The position numbers were made by a program, and so were the translations under genes. Below, piece by piece: positions 41,009 to 51,562 of a stretch of 64,000 nt of DNA. Source of the stretch: an uncultured Bacilli bacterium (GTDB lineage: Bacteria > Bacillota_I > Bacilli_A > RF39 > UBA660); NCBI GenBank assembly GCA_934162325.1, contig CAKPIH010000001.1:4490-68489 (forward strand), read 5' to 3'. Position 1 is the stretch's first letter; every line of letters begins with the position of its first letter. The notes beneath the pieces were generated by a model. That model was not told the DNA's origin and ran no database searches. It saw nothing but the letters and a program-made list of their open reading frames with translations.

Positions 41009-41749
41009 TTATTCTCCTGCAGCTACACCAGTAATATCGCCATTTGCTCCTGGTAAGTCAACATGAATTGTACCCTTAAAAATTGCACCTTGTTCAGCAT
41101 TATTGTCTTCACCAGCTTCATTAAGCCAAACAAATAAACGATAATTCTTTGAAGCACCTTTTCCAGCAAGATCAGCAGTAGTATTAATATCATTACCAAG
41201 TAAACTAAATCCAGATACATCATATGTACCAGCTTCAGCATTATAAGGAACTTTTCCTTCATATACTTGTGTTCCATTATTTGATTTATCATCAATACCA
41301 GTTCTATCATATAATGTAAACATTAAATTAGAAAATCCAACCTTACCTTCAGTAAGAGCTGTTGGAACAACATAAGCCTTTACCTTAACAGCATTTTCAC
41401 TATTATTAGTTAAAGAAAATTCATAATAACCACAAGTAGTATAGTTATTATCATCTTTACATGTAGTATAAGGAACTTGTGCACCTTCAACTTCATGAGT
41501 AGTTCCAGCTAAACCTCTAGTTAAAGTTTTCATAGCAATTTCTCTAGTAGATGGAATCAAATTTTCAATTGCAATTTGATCACCCTCAGTATAAACAATT
41601 TTAACTGAAGCAGCACTAACATTTACAGCATCTTGTTTACTACTTGCATTAATTGAAAAATATGCAAATGATGCCCCAATTATAGCTACAATTAAAGTAA
41701 GAACCCCAATAACACCAAAAAATACTCCTCTCTTATCTTCTCTTTCCAT
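41009..41749 (-). CDS. SipW-cognate signal-peptide protein, TasA/CalY (camelysin) family-like
   Basis: Signal peptide ending ..GASFAYFSINASS. Strong GGAGG SD. Confidence 0.55.
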   Translation of the reverse strand: MEREDKRGVFFGVIGVLTLIVAIIGASFAYFSINASSKQDAVNVSAASVKIVYTEGDQIAIENLIPSTREIAMKTLTRGLAGTTHEVEGAQVPYTTCKDDNNYTTCGYYEFSLTNNSENAVKVKAYVVPTALTEGKVGFSNLMFTLYDRTGIDDKSNNGTQVYEGKVPYNAEAGTYDVSGFSLLGNDINTTADLAGKGASKNYRLFVWLNEAGEDNNAEQGAIFKGTIHVDLPGANGDITGVAAGE

Positions 41750-41851
41750 AAATAATTCCTCCTCTCTTCTATCATAATAATCATACCAAAAAACAAAAAG
41801 AAAATCAATATTTTTTCTACAAAAAAAAGAAATAGTAACATTTATCTATTA

Positions 41852-42145
41852 CTATTTCATAAAATCAATTAATTCTTCCTTCGACATATATCCAATATTT
41901 CTTTTAACTTCCTCACCATTTTTAAATAAAATAACGGTCGGAATAGTCATAACACCATACCTTCTAGCAATATCATTTTCCTTATCAACATCGACCTTAA
42001 CAAAATTAATATTACTTTCATTAGAAACTTCTTCAAATACTGGACCAAACATTTTACAAGGACCACACCATGTAGCATAAAAATCCACAACAGCAATATC
42101 CTTAATAAAATCATCAAAACCATTTTCATAATGAATTAATCCCAT
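41852..42145 (-). CDS. trxA: Thioredoxin
   Basis: WCGPCK active site. 97 aa. Confidence 0.9.
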   Translation of the reverse strand: MGLIHYENGFDDFIKDIAVVDFYATWCGPCKMFGPVFEEVSNESNINFVKVDVDKENDIARRYGVMTIPTVILFKNGEEVKRNIGYMSKEELIDFMK

Positions 42146-42155
42146 AACAAACCTC

Positions 42156-42851
42156 CTATTCTACTATTGACTTATCATTAATATGTATTTTATTCTTATC
42201 AACTAACTTTTTAGCAGATTCCTTAGTAACAACTTTCTTATCAATTAATACCTTTAATATCTCTTCATTTAACTGTTCATTAGTCTTATTCTTTCTATTA
42301 TCTATAATATTATAAACATCACCATAAATATCAATAATCTCTTCTGATACGCCAGATAAAACTGGAGTATTATTAAGAATAAAATTATTCATTTTAGAAT
42401 TCTTCAAAAATGAAGAATCAAATATTGGTAACGAAACAATTACAAGTATTAAAAATAAATATACATACATTTCAATAACTCCCACTACAATACCAAGTAA
42501 TTTAGATGGAATACTAAGTATAACAGTAGCCTTAAGTATTTTTTCAACTAAACCAGTAAGCATAAGCACAACTTTCAATACAAATAATAAAGCAATAAAT
42601 ATAACTAAAAAAGCAATGACCTCATAAAGTAAAATATTTAAAGCATCAATACCATTAATAAGCCCAAAAAAATTAAAGAAAGGTAAATTTTCGTACATAA
42701 TTACTGATATATAATTTTTAAGATAAAAAGCCAAAATAATAACTACAAACATTCCAATAAAATCAGTAAGTTTCTTTATAACACCAGCTTTAAATCCAGC
42801 TACACCGCCCAATATTAAAAGAGCAATAATTATAACATCTACTACATTCAT
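42156..42851 (-). CDS. CvpA-family membrane protein
   Basis: Four TM helices with a CvpA-like N-terminus MNVVDVIIIALLILGGVAGFKAG. Confidence 0.65.
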   Translation of the reverse strand: MNVVDVIIIALLILGGVAGFKAGVIKKLTDFIGMFVVIILAFYLKNYISVIMYENLPFFNFFGLINGIDALNILLYEVIAFLVIFIALLFVLKVVLMLTGLVEKILKATVILSIPSKLLGIVVGVIEMYVYLFLILVIVSLPIFDSSFLKNSKMNNFILNNTPVLSGVSEEIIDIYGDVYNIIDNRKNKTNEQLNEEILKVLIDKKVVTKESAKKLVDKNKIHINDKSIVE

Positions 42852-42884
42852 AGTTTATCCTCCTTCATAAATAATATGCCATCA

Positions 42885-43613
42885 TTAAGCATTATTATTA
42901 TTTTGATTATTCTCTTCATTAACAACTGTAAAAATCATACTATCATTATAATCAAAAGAATTTTCTTTATAATGAATATCAAATTGTTTCCAGTTAGTAT
43001 CTACTTCATATGCAACATAACCTCTAGCCTTTTTACCAGGAGTCAAATCAGCACTCAAATATTGAACATTATCAACATTATTAATTAAAATCTTACTTGC
43101 AACCAAAGTATCATCTACATAGCCAGTAAAATTATGAATAGAAACAAAATTATTTTCATCATCAATATTCTCAACATTAAAGAAAAATACTAAATATTCT
43201 TTCCCTTCAGCAGGAGTATCAGTAAAAGCCTCTCCCTCAATACGAGGATAAATAAGAGCATCAGTTAAAGTGATTTTAACATCATCGCCACTTAAAGTAT
43301 CACCTATAGTTCCCTTCATAGTAGCACTCTCTTCGATATATTCCTTAATATCAATATCATTATCTTTTACATATTTAAAAGTAACAATAGTAAGAACAGC
43401 AACTATAATAATAGGAATAATAATAACACAACCAATAACAATTAAAACAATTGCCCATGTTGGTAGTCCTTTCTTTTTCTTGTCATTTCCATTTGAAGTA
43501 TTTTTATTTGTACTTATATTTTCATTAACCATTTTCCCACACTTAACACACATCGCAGCATTTTCTGGAAGTTCATTTCCACAATTAGTGCAAAACTTTG
43601 CCACATCAATCAC
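42885..43613 (-). CDS. Zinc-ribbon/TM/extracellular-domain protein (DUF4352-like architecture)
   Basis: CTNCGNE..CVKCG zinc ribbon, a single TM, and a C-terminal beta-rich domain. Confidence 0.5.
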   Translation of the reverse strand: MIDVAKFCTNCGNELPENAAMCVKCGKMVNENISTNKNTSNGNDKKKKGLPTWAIVLIVIGCVIIIPIIIVAVLTIVTFKYVKDNDIDIKEYIEESATMKGTIGDTLSGDDVKITLTDALIYPRIEGEAFTDTPAEGKEYLVFFFNVENIDDENNFVSIHNFTGYVDDTLVASKILINNVDNVQYLSADLTPGKKARGYVAYEVDTNWKQFDIHYKENSFDYNDSMIFTVVNEENNQNNNNA

Positions 43614-43663
43614 TCTCCTCTATTTAATTATATATCAAACCCAAAGAAAAAGAAAGTATTTTC

Positions 43664-46213
43664 TTAAATATTTTCTTCTCTTATTTGTTCAATAATATTA
43701 TGTTTTTTAATCTTACTAGTACTATACATCATTGTAAGAAGTACAATTACAAATACTGATACAATAGATATAATAATATATTTCCAAGGAATAATAATCG
43801 TACTTATACTCACCATATCAGCAAGAGCATAATGAATAAGTACTGTAATACCTATACTAACAGGTATAGCAAATATAAGTGATTTCATACCAAAAAATAA
43901 ACTTTCAAAGAATAAAATCTTATTAAATCCCCTATTAGTAAGACCAATACTTCTAAGAACCGCAAATTCTCTTTTTCTAAGTGCCATACTAGTAGATATA
44001 GTATTAAATACTGAAGTAACACCTATTAAAGTAACTAAACTAATAAAACCATACATAAGTATTTTAACAACTAAAATTAAATTATTAGCCTGTTTCATAG
44101 TTTCTTTAATATTAGTATAATTAACATTACTATATTTATCTAATTCCTTAGTTAACTTATCAATATTATTAGTATTATCACTTATAATATTAAATTGTGT
44201 ATAAAGAGTATCATCATCAGATATATTATCGTATAATTTCTTATTAACAATAAGTTTAAAATCATCCATATAAGAAAACTCTTCAATCAAATCAAAAGAC
44301 TTATTAGTAACAAAAATATTATCTATATTCTTATTACAATACTTAGTAGTATCCACATCTTCATCATCATCAAAGTTACATATATTAATATTAATATTAC
44401 CATTATTAATTACTGGAATATCATAATTAACCCTCTTATTATTACCATAACTTACGCCTTTAAATTTATTAAGTAAAATAACACTATCTTTATCTAAACC
44501 AATTAACTTTTTATATTTATTATAAGAATTATCATCTAGTACTAAAATAGAAATATATTGATATTTTAAATTATTTAAAGCCTTTATACCATCATCGCCA
44601 TAAGCATTCTTATAAAAGTCAAGATATTCATCACTATAAGTATAATTACCAATTATAGATAAATTACTAACACTATAAGAAACATATTCTTTAACATCAC
44701 TACTTTTAACTATCTCATTAATTTTATCTAGTGCTTCCTTATCATTATTAGTATCATCACCAAAATAACTAATCTGATAATCATAAGGCACTTCACCCAT
44801 CACACTACTAGCAGTATTTAAAGTATAATTCATATATGAAGAAAAAGAAATAAATAAAACAATACTAATAAATAAACTAACAATAGTAACTCTATATTTT
44901 TTCTTATTTCTCTTAATATTCTTAAGAGCAATCTCTCCTTCAATTCCAAATAACTTTAAAACAAGCTTACTTGTTCTAATTTTCTTTTTATTAATTTTAA
45001 TATCATCATTCTGTCTAATAGCTTCAATTGGAGAAACCTTACTTGCTCTTCTAGAAGGGATAAAAGCTGATACCCCAATAACAATAATCATAAATATTAC
45101 TGGAATAATAATAAATAAAGGATTAGTAACAAGATGTAATTTATATTCTAACATATCACTAATTAAATTATTAATAATAAGTATAACACATCCAATACCA
45201 ATATAAGCTCCAAGTATACCAAGTATAATACCTATTACCCCTACAACTACTGCTTCAAAAAACACCGTATGAGATAGCTGTCTCTTCGTAGCGCCTATAC
45301 TAGAAAGTAATCCAAATTCCTTCTTTCTTTCCATTACTGAAATAGCAAAAGAATTATAAATAACAATAATACAACCTATACTAACTAAAGCAAGCATAAT
45401 CATCATCATACTAACCATCGTAGTCATAACATTACCATAAGTACTTTCACCATATAAAGCAAGTAAAGTACTATTATAATTAATATCACCATTATAGTTT
45501 AATTCTTTAGCTAGTTCTTCAGACTGTTTAATAATATTTTTATTCTTATTAAACATAACATATAAGTTTACATTTCCCTTGTCACTATTTACATCAACTG
45601 TAAAGGCTGTATATCCAGAGGCAGAATAACTTTCAAAATTACTTCTATCAACTATACCAACAATTTTATAAGTATAGGTTCCTTCATTAGTAAGAAACTC
45701 ACCATCAACAAGTTCACTATTAGCTAAAGTATCATTTCCTTCAATATTTCTCTTACCATATTTAAAAGTAACAATATCTCCTACCTTATAATTAAGTCCT
45801 CCATTAGTTATAACATGATTAGATATAACAACCTCATTTTCATTCTTAGGGAAACTACCATCAACTAATTTAAGTTCATTAAAATATTCCTTATTAACAC
45901 TAGTAATATACATATAAGGCTTATATTCATTACTAGATTCAATTTTACTAAAACCAATAGGTTTTTCATAGAAGTAAGTAAAATCTTTATCTTTAATATT
46001 ATTAAGTTTATCTAAATCTACATCACTATAATTAGCCTCATATTTACCATTATAACCTATAGTATCTCTAATCATTAAATCTTGAAATGAAGAGAATAAT
46101 AATCCAATACCAACCATCAACGCAGTCGATAAAATAATACCAATAATTGTAACAATTGTTCTTTTTTTATTAAGGCGTAAATTCTTAATCGTCAATCTAT
46201 TTAAAATACTCAT
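43664..46213 (-). CDS. ABC transporter permease, FtsX/MacB-like (YtrF-like)
   Basis: Two FtsX 4-TM modules with large extracytoplasmic domains. 849 aa. Confidence 0.8.
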   Translation of the reverse strand: MSILNRLTIKNLRLNKKRTIVTIIGIILSTALMVGIGLLFSSFQDLMIRDTIGYNGKYEANYSDVDLDKLNNIKDKDFTYFYEKPIGFSKIESSNEYKPYMYITSVNKEYFNELKLVDGSFPKNENEVVISNHVITNGGLNYKVGDIVTFKYGKRNIEGNDTLANSELVDGEFLTNEGTYTYKIVGIVDRSNFESYSASGYTAFTVDVNSDKGNVNLYVMFNKNKNIIKQSEELAKELNYNGDINYNSTLLALYGESTYGNVMTTMVSMMMIMLALVSIGCIIVIYNSFAISVMERKKEFGLLSSIGATKRQLSHTVFFEAVVVGVIGIILGILGAYIGIGCVILIINNLISDMLEYKLHLVTNPLFIIIPVIFMIIVIGVSAFIPSRRASKVSPIEAIRQNDDIKINKKKIRTSKLVLKLFGIEGEIALKNIKRNKKKYRVTIVSLFISIVLFISFSSYMNYTLNTASSVMGEVPYDYQISYFGDDTNNDKEALDKINEIVKSSDVKEYVSYSVSNLSIIGNYTYSDEYLDFYKNAYGDDGIKALNNLKYQYISILVLDDNSYNKYKKLIGLDKDSVILLNKFKGVSYGNNKRVNYDIPVINNGNININICNFDDDEDVDTTKYCNKNIDNIFVTNKSFDLIEEFSYMDDFKLIVNKKLYDNISDDDTLYTQFNIISDNTNNIDKLTKELDKYSNVNYTNIKETMKQANNLILVVKILMYGFISLVTLIGVTSVFNTISTSMALRKREFAVLRSIGLTNRGFNKILFFESLFFGMKSLIFAIPVSIGITVLIHYALADMVSISTIIIPWKYIIISIVSVFVIVLLTMMYSTSKIKKHNIIEQIREENI

Positions 46214-46890
46214 TTTATCTTCTCATCCTTAACAATATGACCATCTTCTAATGTAATAATTCTATCAGCAGTCTTAGCCAAATTCATATCATGTGTAATC
46301 ATAATAATAGTTTGACCATATTTCTCATTAGAAAGTCTAAGTAAATCCATAATCTCTCTACTAGCCTTAGAATCTAAATTTCCCGTAGGCTCATCCGCTA
46401 ATATAATATCTGGTCTTGAAATAAGTGCTCTACCTATTGATACTCTTTGTTGTTGTCCACCAGAAAGTTCATTAGGTAAATGATTAATTCTTCTTTCTAA
46501 TCCTAATATATCTATTAATTCTTTCAAATAATTCTTATCAACACTTTTACCATCAAGTAATATTGGTAAAGTCATATTTTCTTCAACATTAAGAATAGGA
46601 ATCAAATTATAAAATTGATAAATAAGTCCTACTTTCCTTCTTCTAAATACTGCTAAAGCATCATCTTTTTGTTTAAAAACATCAACGTCCCCAACAATAA
46701 CCTTTCCACTAGTAGGTTTATCAACAGCACCCAAAATATGTAAAAGTGTTGATTTACCACTACCAGAAGAACCAACAATTGCAACAAATTCTCCTTCTTC
46801 TACTGAAAAAGATACATCATCAAGTGCCTTAACTAAAGTACTACCTTTACCATAATTTTTACATAAATTTTTAACTTCTAATATTTTCAT
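46210..46890 (-). CDS. ABC transporter ATP-binding protein (MacB/LolD-type)
   Basis: Motifs GSSGSGKST, LSGGQQQR and ILADEPTGNLD. Confidence 0.9.
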   Translation of the reverse strand: MKILEVKNLCKNYGKGSTLVKALDDVSFSVEEGEFVAIVGSSGSGKSTLLHILGAVDKPTSGKVIVGDVDVFKQKDDALAVFRRRKVGLIYQFYNLIPILNVEENMTLPILLDGKSVDKNYLKELIDILGLERRINHLPNELSGGQQQRVSIGRALISRPDIILADEPTGNLDSKASREIMDLLRLSNEKYGQTIIMITHDMNLAKTADRIITLEDGHIVKDEKIK

Positions 46891-47252
46891 TTCTTTATCC
46901 TTTCTATAACTTCTTCATAACTAATACCCATCTTAGTAAGTTCGTCAATCTTTCCTCTAATAATATCAATTTCTTTATTAATCTTCTCATTAGTAGCCTT
47001 CTTAGTATCTTCTGATATAAAAGTTCCTTTGGTGCTAATAGTGGTAATAACCCCTCTACCCTCTAATATATCATAACTCTTTTTAACCGTATTAGGATTA
47101 ATTCCTAAATTACTAGCCATCTCTCTAATCGAAGGAATTTGTGTTTTCTCTTTAAGAATTCCTAAAGCCACATACTTCTCAATACCATTAACAATCTGTT
47201 CATATATTGGAGTTCTACTTTGATAATCCAAATTAATCATAATCTGTCTCAT
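46887..47252 (-). CDS. GntR-family (YtrA-like) transcriptional regulator
   Basis: HTH block IPSIREMASNLGINPNTVKKSY. 121 aa. Confidence 0.8.
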   Translation of the reverse strand: MRQIMINLDYQSRTPIYEQIVNGIEKYVALGILKEKTQIPSIREMASNLGINPNTVKKSYDILEGRGVITTISTKGTFISEDTKKATNEKINKEIDIIRGKIDELTKMGISYEEVIERIKK

Positions 47253-47262
47253 CTCTCATCAC

Positions 47263-49218
47263 CTACTCCCCATCTATTACTACATCAGTATCGAGAGAAG
47301 CATATTTACTCTTTAATAAATTAAGTTCATCTACTTTATTAGTAACAAAAACATTTTTTCCATTATGTGTATAAGTACTAATGTAACCATAATCTTTATT
47401 AATATCAAAATTATCATCTATATTATCTATAATAAACTTACTAATTTCATTATAATATTCAAAATTATATATACAATAAGTATCATCTATATAATAATTA
47501 TATATATCATTATCACTATTTATCTTACTAAACATCTTCTTAGTATTAGCATTATAATATCTTAAAAGGCCAACCTCTAAATTCTTATCTCCACTTACAT
47601 CAAAGTCAATTTGTTTTACATTAAAACCATTATAAACATAAAGAGTAACATTAAATAAATCATTATCGCTATTATTATTCATAAATATATTCTTATCATT
47701 TTTATATTTATTAACAATCATATCAGAAAGATTACTATTATTTGTTCTATTATAACCATCTTTATATTTAATACCAAATATATCATTATTTTTATATTTA
47801 TTAAAATCTTTACTAAATTCTTTATCATTAATAAGAATATTATTAATATGATTATAATTATCTTTAGTAGTATAAATATTAAAACGATATGTACTACCTT
47901 TTACTTTAGTCTTAATAGTATAGTTATAAGTATAATTATCTAAAGATTCAGTATCTAAAAGTAAAGATATACTATTATTAATAACTTCTGTATTCTTAGT
48001 ACTTCCAATAACATTACCATTATCATCTAAGAAAGAAATCTCTTTAACATCTTTAGCTTTAATACTATAACTATCAACATCCACTAATGTTCCCACTACT
48101 ATAGTAACACCACCAACTATTGCTAAACAAATAGCCATTTTAAAGAAATTAGTAACTTTCTTTCTTGTAATCAAATCATATATAATTAAATAAGTAAATA
48201 TAAGTACAAACAGTAAAACAATAGAAAAGATATCATAACTAGATATACTACTATTTTTAAGTACAACATAAGCAAGACATACAATAGGAATAGTAGTTAA
48301 AGTTCTAACTAAAATATGTACTTTCTCACTTCTAAATGAAGTTCCAACAATTTCAAACCTCTTATTACTAAATAACACTGTACCCACTATTATATATATA
48401 ATACTAAGTATAATCATCTTAATAATTGAAGTATTTACTCTATTATCACTTTCAATTCCAAATAAATTATCTTTTATTAATTCATAAGGTAAAGTATAAG
48501 TAACATTATCATACTTTCTTATATTAGCAGCATAAATATTATTCTTTTTATCTATTTCACATTTAACAGTATCACAATAATAATTTTTTGGCTTACAACT
48601 ATCATTTACACATTCAACTTTAACATCACTATTACCATAATAAGTAAAAGCATTAGAATTAATAAATGTACTAATAAATGGAATTAAAAACATAATAAGT
48701 AAAGTAACTACTATTGTTGTAATCTTATTTGAAGATACACTAGCGGCAATATTAGTACAAACAAATACAAATATATAGGATATAGAATACATAAGTAAAA
48801 TATCAAATAACATCTTATAAGAAACAATAATATTACTATATATTAAACTAACTAATAACATAACAATAAAATTAATAATTTGCATAATAAGTATAATAGC
48901 CATTCCACCTATAGTATTAGTTAAAAATATTTGTCTTTTATTAATGGGCATTGATAAAGTAAAATCAACTGCTCCCTTTTTATATATAAAACTAAATAAA
49001 GTAATAGAAAGAACTAACGGTATAATATACATTCCAAATAATATAATACCAGATACATCATAAATACTAGCAACAAAATTATCACCAGTACTACCATGCA
49101 TAAGAAGAATAATACCATTAAGAATAGGAAGTAATAACATACATAAAAGAATAATAGCTTTAGACTTCTTAATATTTTCTTTTAAATAATTAAAATTAAA
49201 CAAACTTGTTAAATTCAT
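47263..49218 (-). CDS. ABC-2 type membrane protein with large extracellular domain
   Basis: Six TM helices followed by a roughly 300-aa C-terminal domain. Confidence 0.55.
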   Translation of the reverse strand: MNLTSLFNFNYLKENIKKSKAIILLCMLLLPILNGIILLMHGSTGDNFVASIYDVSGIILFGMYIIPLVLSITLFSFIYKKGAVDFTLSMPINKRQIFLTNTIGGMAIILIMQIINFIVMLLVSLIYSNIIVSYKMLFDILLMYSISYIFVFVCTNIAASVSSNKITTIVVTLLIMFLIPFISTFINSNAFTYYGNSDVKVECVNDSCKPKNYYCDTVKCEIDKKNNIYAANIRKYDNVTYTLPYELIKDNLFGIESDNRVNTSIIKMIILSIIYIIVGTVLFSNKRFEIVGTSFRSEKVHILVRTLTTIPIVCLAYVVLKNSSISSYDIFSIVLLFVLIFTYLIIYDLITRKKVTNFFKMAICLAIVGGVTIVVGTLVDVDSYSIKAKDVKEISFLDDNGNVIGSTKNTEVINNSISLLLDTESLDNYTYNYTIKTKVKGSTYRFNIYTTKDNYNHINNILINDKEFSKDFNKYKNNDIFGIKYKDGYNRTNNSNLSDMIVNKYKNDKNIFMNNNSDNDLFNVTLYVYNGFNVKQIDFDVSGDKNLEVGLLRYYNANTKKMFSKINSDNDIYNYYIDDTYCIYNFEYYNEISKFIIDNIDDNFDINKDYGYISTYTHNGKNVFVTNKVDELNLLKSKYASLDTDVVIDGE

Positions 49219-50092
49219 ATCCTAATGCCTCCATTTCATAAATAAATACTTCTTCCAAAGTAAGTGGAAGATAATCAAGTATTAAAGGTTTCATCTTCTC
49301 TAACTTATTTTTACTCTTACCATCATTATCTTTAATAATAATCGTAGCAACACTACCTTGCTTTTTAAAACTTAAAATATCAAAATCTTCAAAATCTTCT
49401 TTATCAAAATTCTTCTCAAAAGATATCTGGACTTTAAACATATTTGTCTTAATAGTATCTATATCGCTCTCAAATAAAATACCACCTTGATATAATAAAC
49501 CAAGATTATCACAAATGTCTTCAAGTTCCCTAAGATTATGACTAGTCATAACAATAGTAGTTCTCTTCTTATTCATTTGTTTAATAAGAATTTTCTTCAT
49601 AGTATTTCTAATAACTGGATCAAGTCCATCAAAAGTCTCATCAAAAAACATATAATCACAGTTAGTAGATATAGCACATATAAGTGCACATTGCCTTTTC
49701 ATTCCTTTCGAAAATGTACTAATTTTCTTATCTAGTTTAAGGTTAAGTAAGCCTGCTAATTCCTTAAGATAATTCATATCAAAATCCTTATACATTGCTT
49801 CATACCATTTAGCAGTATCCATTAAAGTATAACCCGGATAAAAGAATAAATCATCTTGTACAAAAACCATTTTTTGTTTCATAATTTCATTATCATATAC
49901 TTCTTCACCATCAACAGATATAACACCACCATCAGCTTCATATATACCCATAATAGTTCTAAGAAGCGTACTCTTACCAGAACCATTAGCTCCTACTAAA
50001 CCATAAATAGAATTATCTTTAATATTACAACTAAGATCTTTAAGTACATAATCTTTATCATATTTTTTAGATAATTTATCTATCTTTATCAT
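49196..50092 (-). CDS. ABC transporter ATP-binding protein
   Basis: Motifs GANGSGKST and FDETFDGLD. AAAGGAGA SD before MIKIDKLSKKY. Confidence 0.85.
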   Translation of the reverse strand: MIKIDKLSKKYDKDYVLKDLSCNIKDNSIYGLVGANGSGKSTLLRTIMGIYEADGGVISVDGEEVYDNEIMKQKMVFVQDDLFFYPGYTLMDTAKWYEAMYKDFDMNYLKELAGLLNLKLDKKISTFSKGMKRQCALICAISTNCDYMFFDETFDGLDPVIRNTMKKILIKQMNKKRTTIVMTSHNLRELEDICDNLGLLYQGGILFESDIDTIKTNMFKVQISFEKNFDKEDFEDFDILSFKKQGSVATIIIKDNDGKSKNKLEKMKPLILDYLPLTLEEVFIYEMEALGYEFNKFV

Positions 50093-50218
50093 ATAAAATC
50101 TCCTTTCATAATCAATATATGACTGTACTATCTGCACTAGTACAATTAAATCATACTACATAATTAAATCTTTGTCAAGAAAAAAATACAATCTAAAATT
50201 ATCGAATTAAAAAAACTT

Positions 50219-50304
50219 AATCTAGAGACTTATAACAAGGCTCTAGATTATCTTTGAAGACCCAAGACTTCAAAGAAAAAGTGTGAAACACAAAGGTTCA
50301 CACT
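50219..50304. repeat. Triple-hairpin element (instance 5)
   Basis: Hairpin aatctagag[acttataacaagg]ctctagatt, whose minus-strand loop reads AGCCTTGTTATAAGTCT, then ctttgaag[acccaaga]cttcaaag, then gtgtgaa[acacaaagg]ttcacac. The third is preceded by an A-run and acts as a terminator for the M16 genes. Confidence 0.45.
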
Positions 50305-50317
50305 TAAACTAATAAAC

Positions 50318-51562
50318 TTATTTTCTCTTTCTATAAAAAACACTATAATTAGAAAAATCAATATTACTAATAATCTTATCATACTCATTATAATTAAATT
50401 TATTTATAACATCAATATCATCATCATCTAAATAACCAAAACGAATATAATTCTCTTGAATAGGAGCAACATAATCACTTATACTATCCTTTCTAACTGA
50501 TATCCTAGTAATAGAATCCTTTAAAATAAGATCAAATACCTCTTTCTCTTCAGTGTCTCTATTTTTAATACAATTCAAAACCAAATTCTCAAACTCATCA
50601 ACTCTATCAGTAAGAGTAATAATATCAATAATCAAATACCCATTAAAATAATATAAATAATAAGATACATCACCCATATAATTAGAATTATTATTAACAT
50701 ATTCATTAATCTTAGAAAATTCAGCAAAATTAATATCTAGAAAAAATCCTACATACCAATCCAATTTATATCTATCAAAACTAGATAAATCACTAATATC
50801 AATCTTAAAAGATAAAATAACTTCATCATTATAATCATCTTTATATATATACTTTCTTCTAATAACCTCCTTAACATCACTAACTTTAGGAAGTCTTTTA
50901 TCATTTTTAAAAGAAATATCTTTATATATATCCCTAACCAAATTAAGAGTCTTATCATAATCAAAATTACCTGCTAAAACAAGAAACTGGTTACATGGAA
51001 TATAAATACTATCATAAATATTTTTAAGTTCATTAGCAGTAATACTATTAACACTACTACTGCTTCCTAAAGTTTTTCTATTAATAGTAAATAGATTATT
51101 TAACTTTCTATAAATAATATTATTCCTTACATTTTCTTTGTCGTCTCTAATCTCACTATAAACAGCCATTTTAGTTTTATCAAGTTTATCTTTAGAAAAA
51201 GACACATTATAAATTCCTTTCAAAAAAATCTCTAAACATTCATAAAAGTTAATAACAGTATTAAAAAAGTATGAAGTATTATCAGTATTAGTACCGCCAT
51301 TACAATTAAGTATATTATATTTTTTTAAATTATCAAACAAATCACCATCTATAGTATTTTCAAATACATAATGTTCTAAAAGATGAGCAGTACCTGGTTT
51401 AATTTTCTTAGTATTACCGTTACAATCAACATATTCATAGTGATTACCACCCAAAAAAGTATATAATTCCACATGATTAGTACTCTTACTCTTATCAGTA
51501 TATATAAGAATAGTAAGTCCATTATCCAAAGTAATAAATTTAGCCTTATTCATCATCAACAC
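50318..51562 (-). CDS. M16-family zinc peptidase (active subunit)
   Basis: Inverted zinc motif HLLEH..E at GTAHLLEHYVFE. Confidence 0.8.
   Translation of the reverse strand: MLMMNKAKFITLDNGLTILIYTDKSKSTNHVELYTFLGGNHYEYVDCNGNTKKIKPGTAHLLEHYVFENTIDGDLFDNLKKYNILNCNGGTNTDNTSYFFNTVINFYECLEIFLKGIYNVSFSKDKLDKTKMAVYSEIRDDKENVRNNIIYRKLNNLFTINRKTLGSSSSVNSITANELKNIYDSIYIPCNQFLVLAGNFDYDKTLNLVRDIYKDISFKNDKRLPKVSDVKEVIRRKYIYKDDYNDEVILSFKIDISDLSSFDRYKLDWYVGFFLDINFAEFSKINEYVNNNSNYMGDVSYYLYYFNGYLIIDIITLTDRVDEFENLVLNCIKNRDTEEKEVFDLILKDSITRISVRKDSISDYVAPIQENYIRFGYLDDDDIDVINKFNYNEYDKIISNIDFSNYSVFYRKRK

Noticed and set aside
41023-41310. 95-aa ORF in an alternate frame inside the TasA-like gene
   Set aside because: Alternate frame of a gene with clear signal peptide and SD. 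Spurious.
43270-43695. 141-aa plus-strand ORF spanning the zinc-ribbon gene and intergenic region
   Set aside because: Antisense to the zinc-ribbon gene, hydrophobic, no SD. Its 3' end covers the promoter region of the FtsX permease gene.
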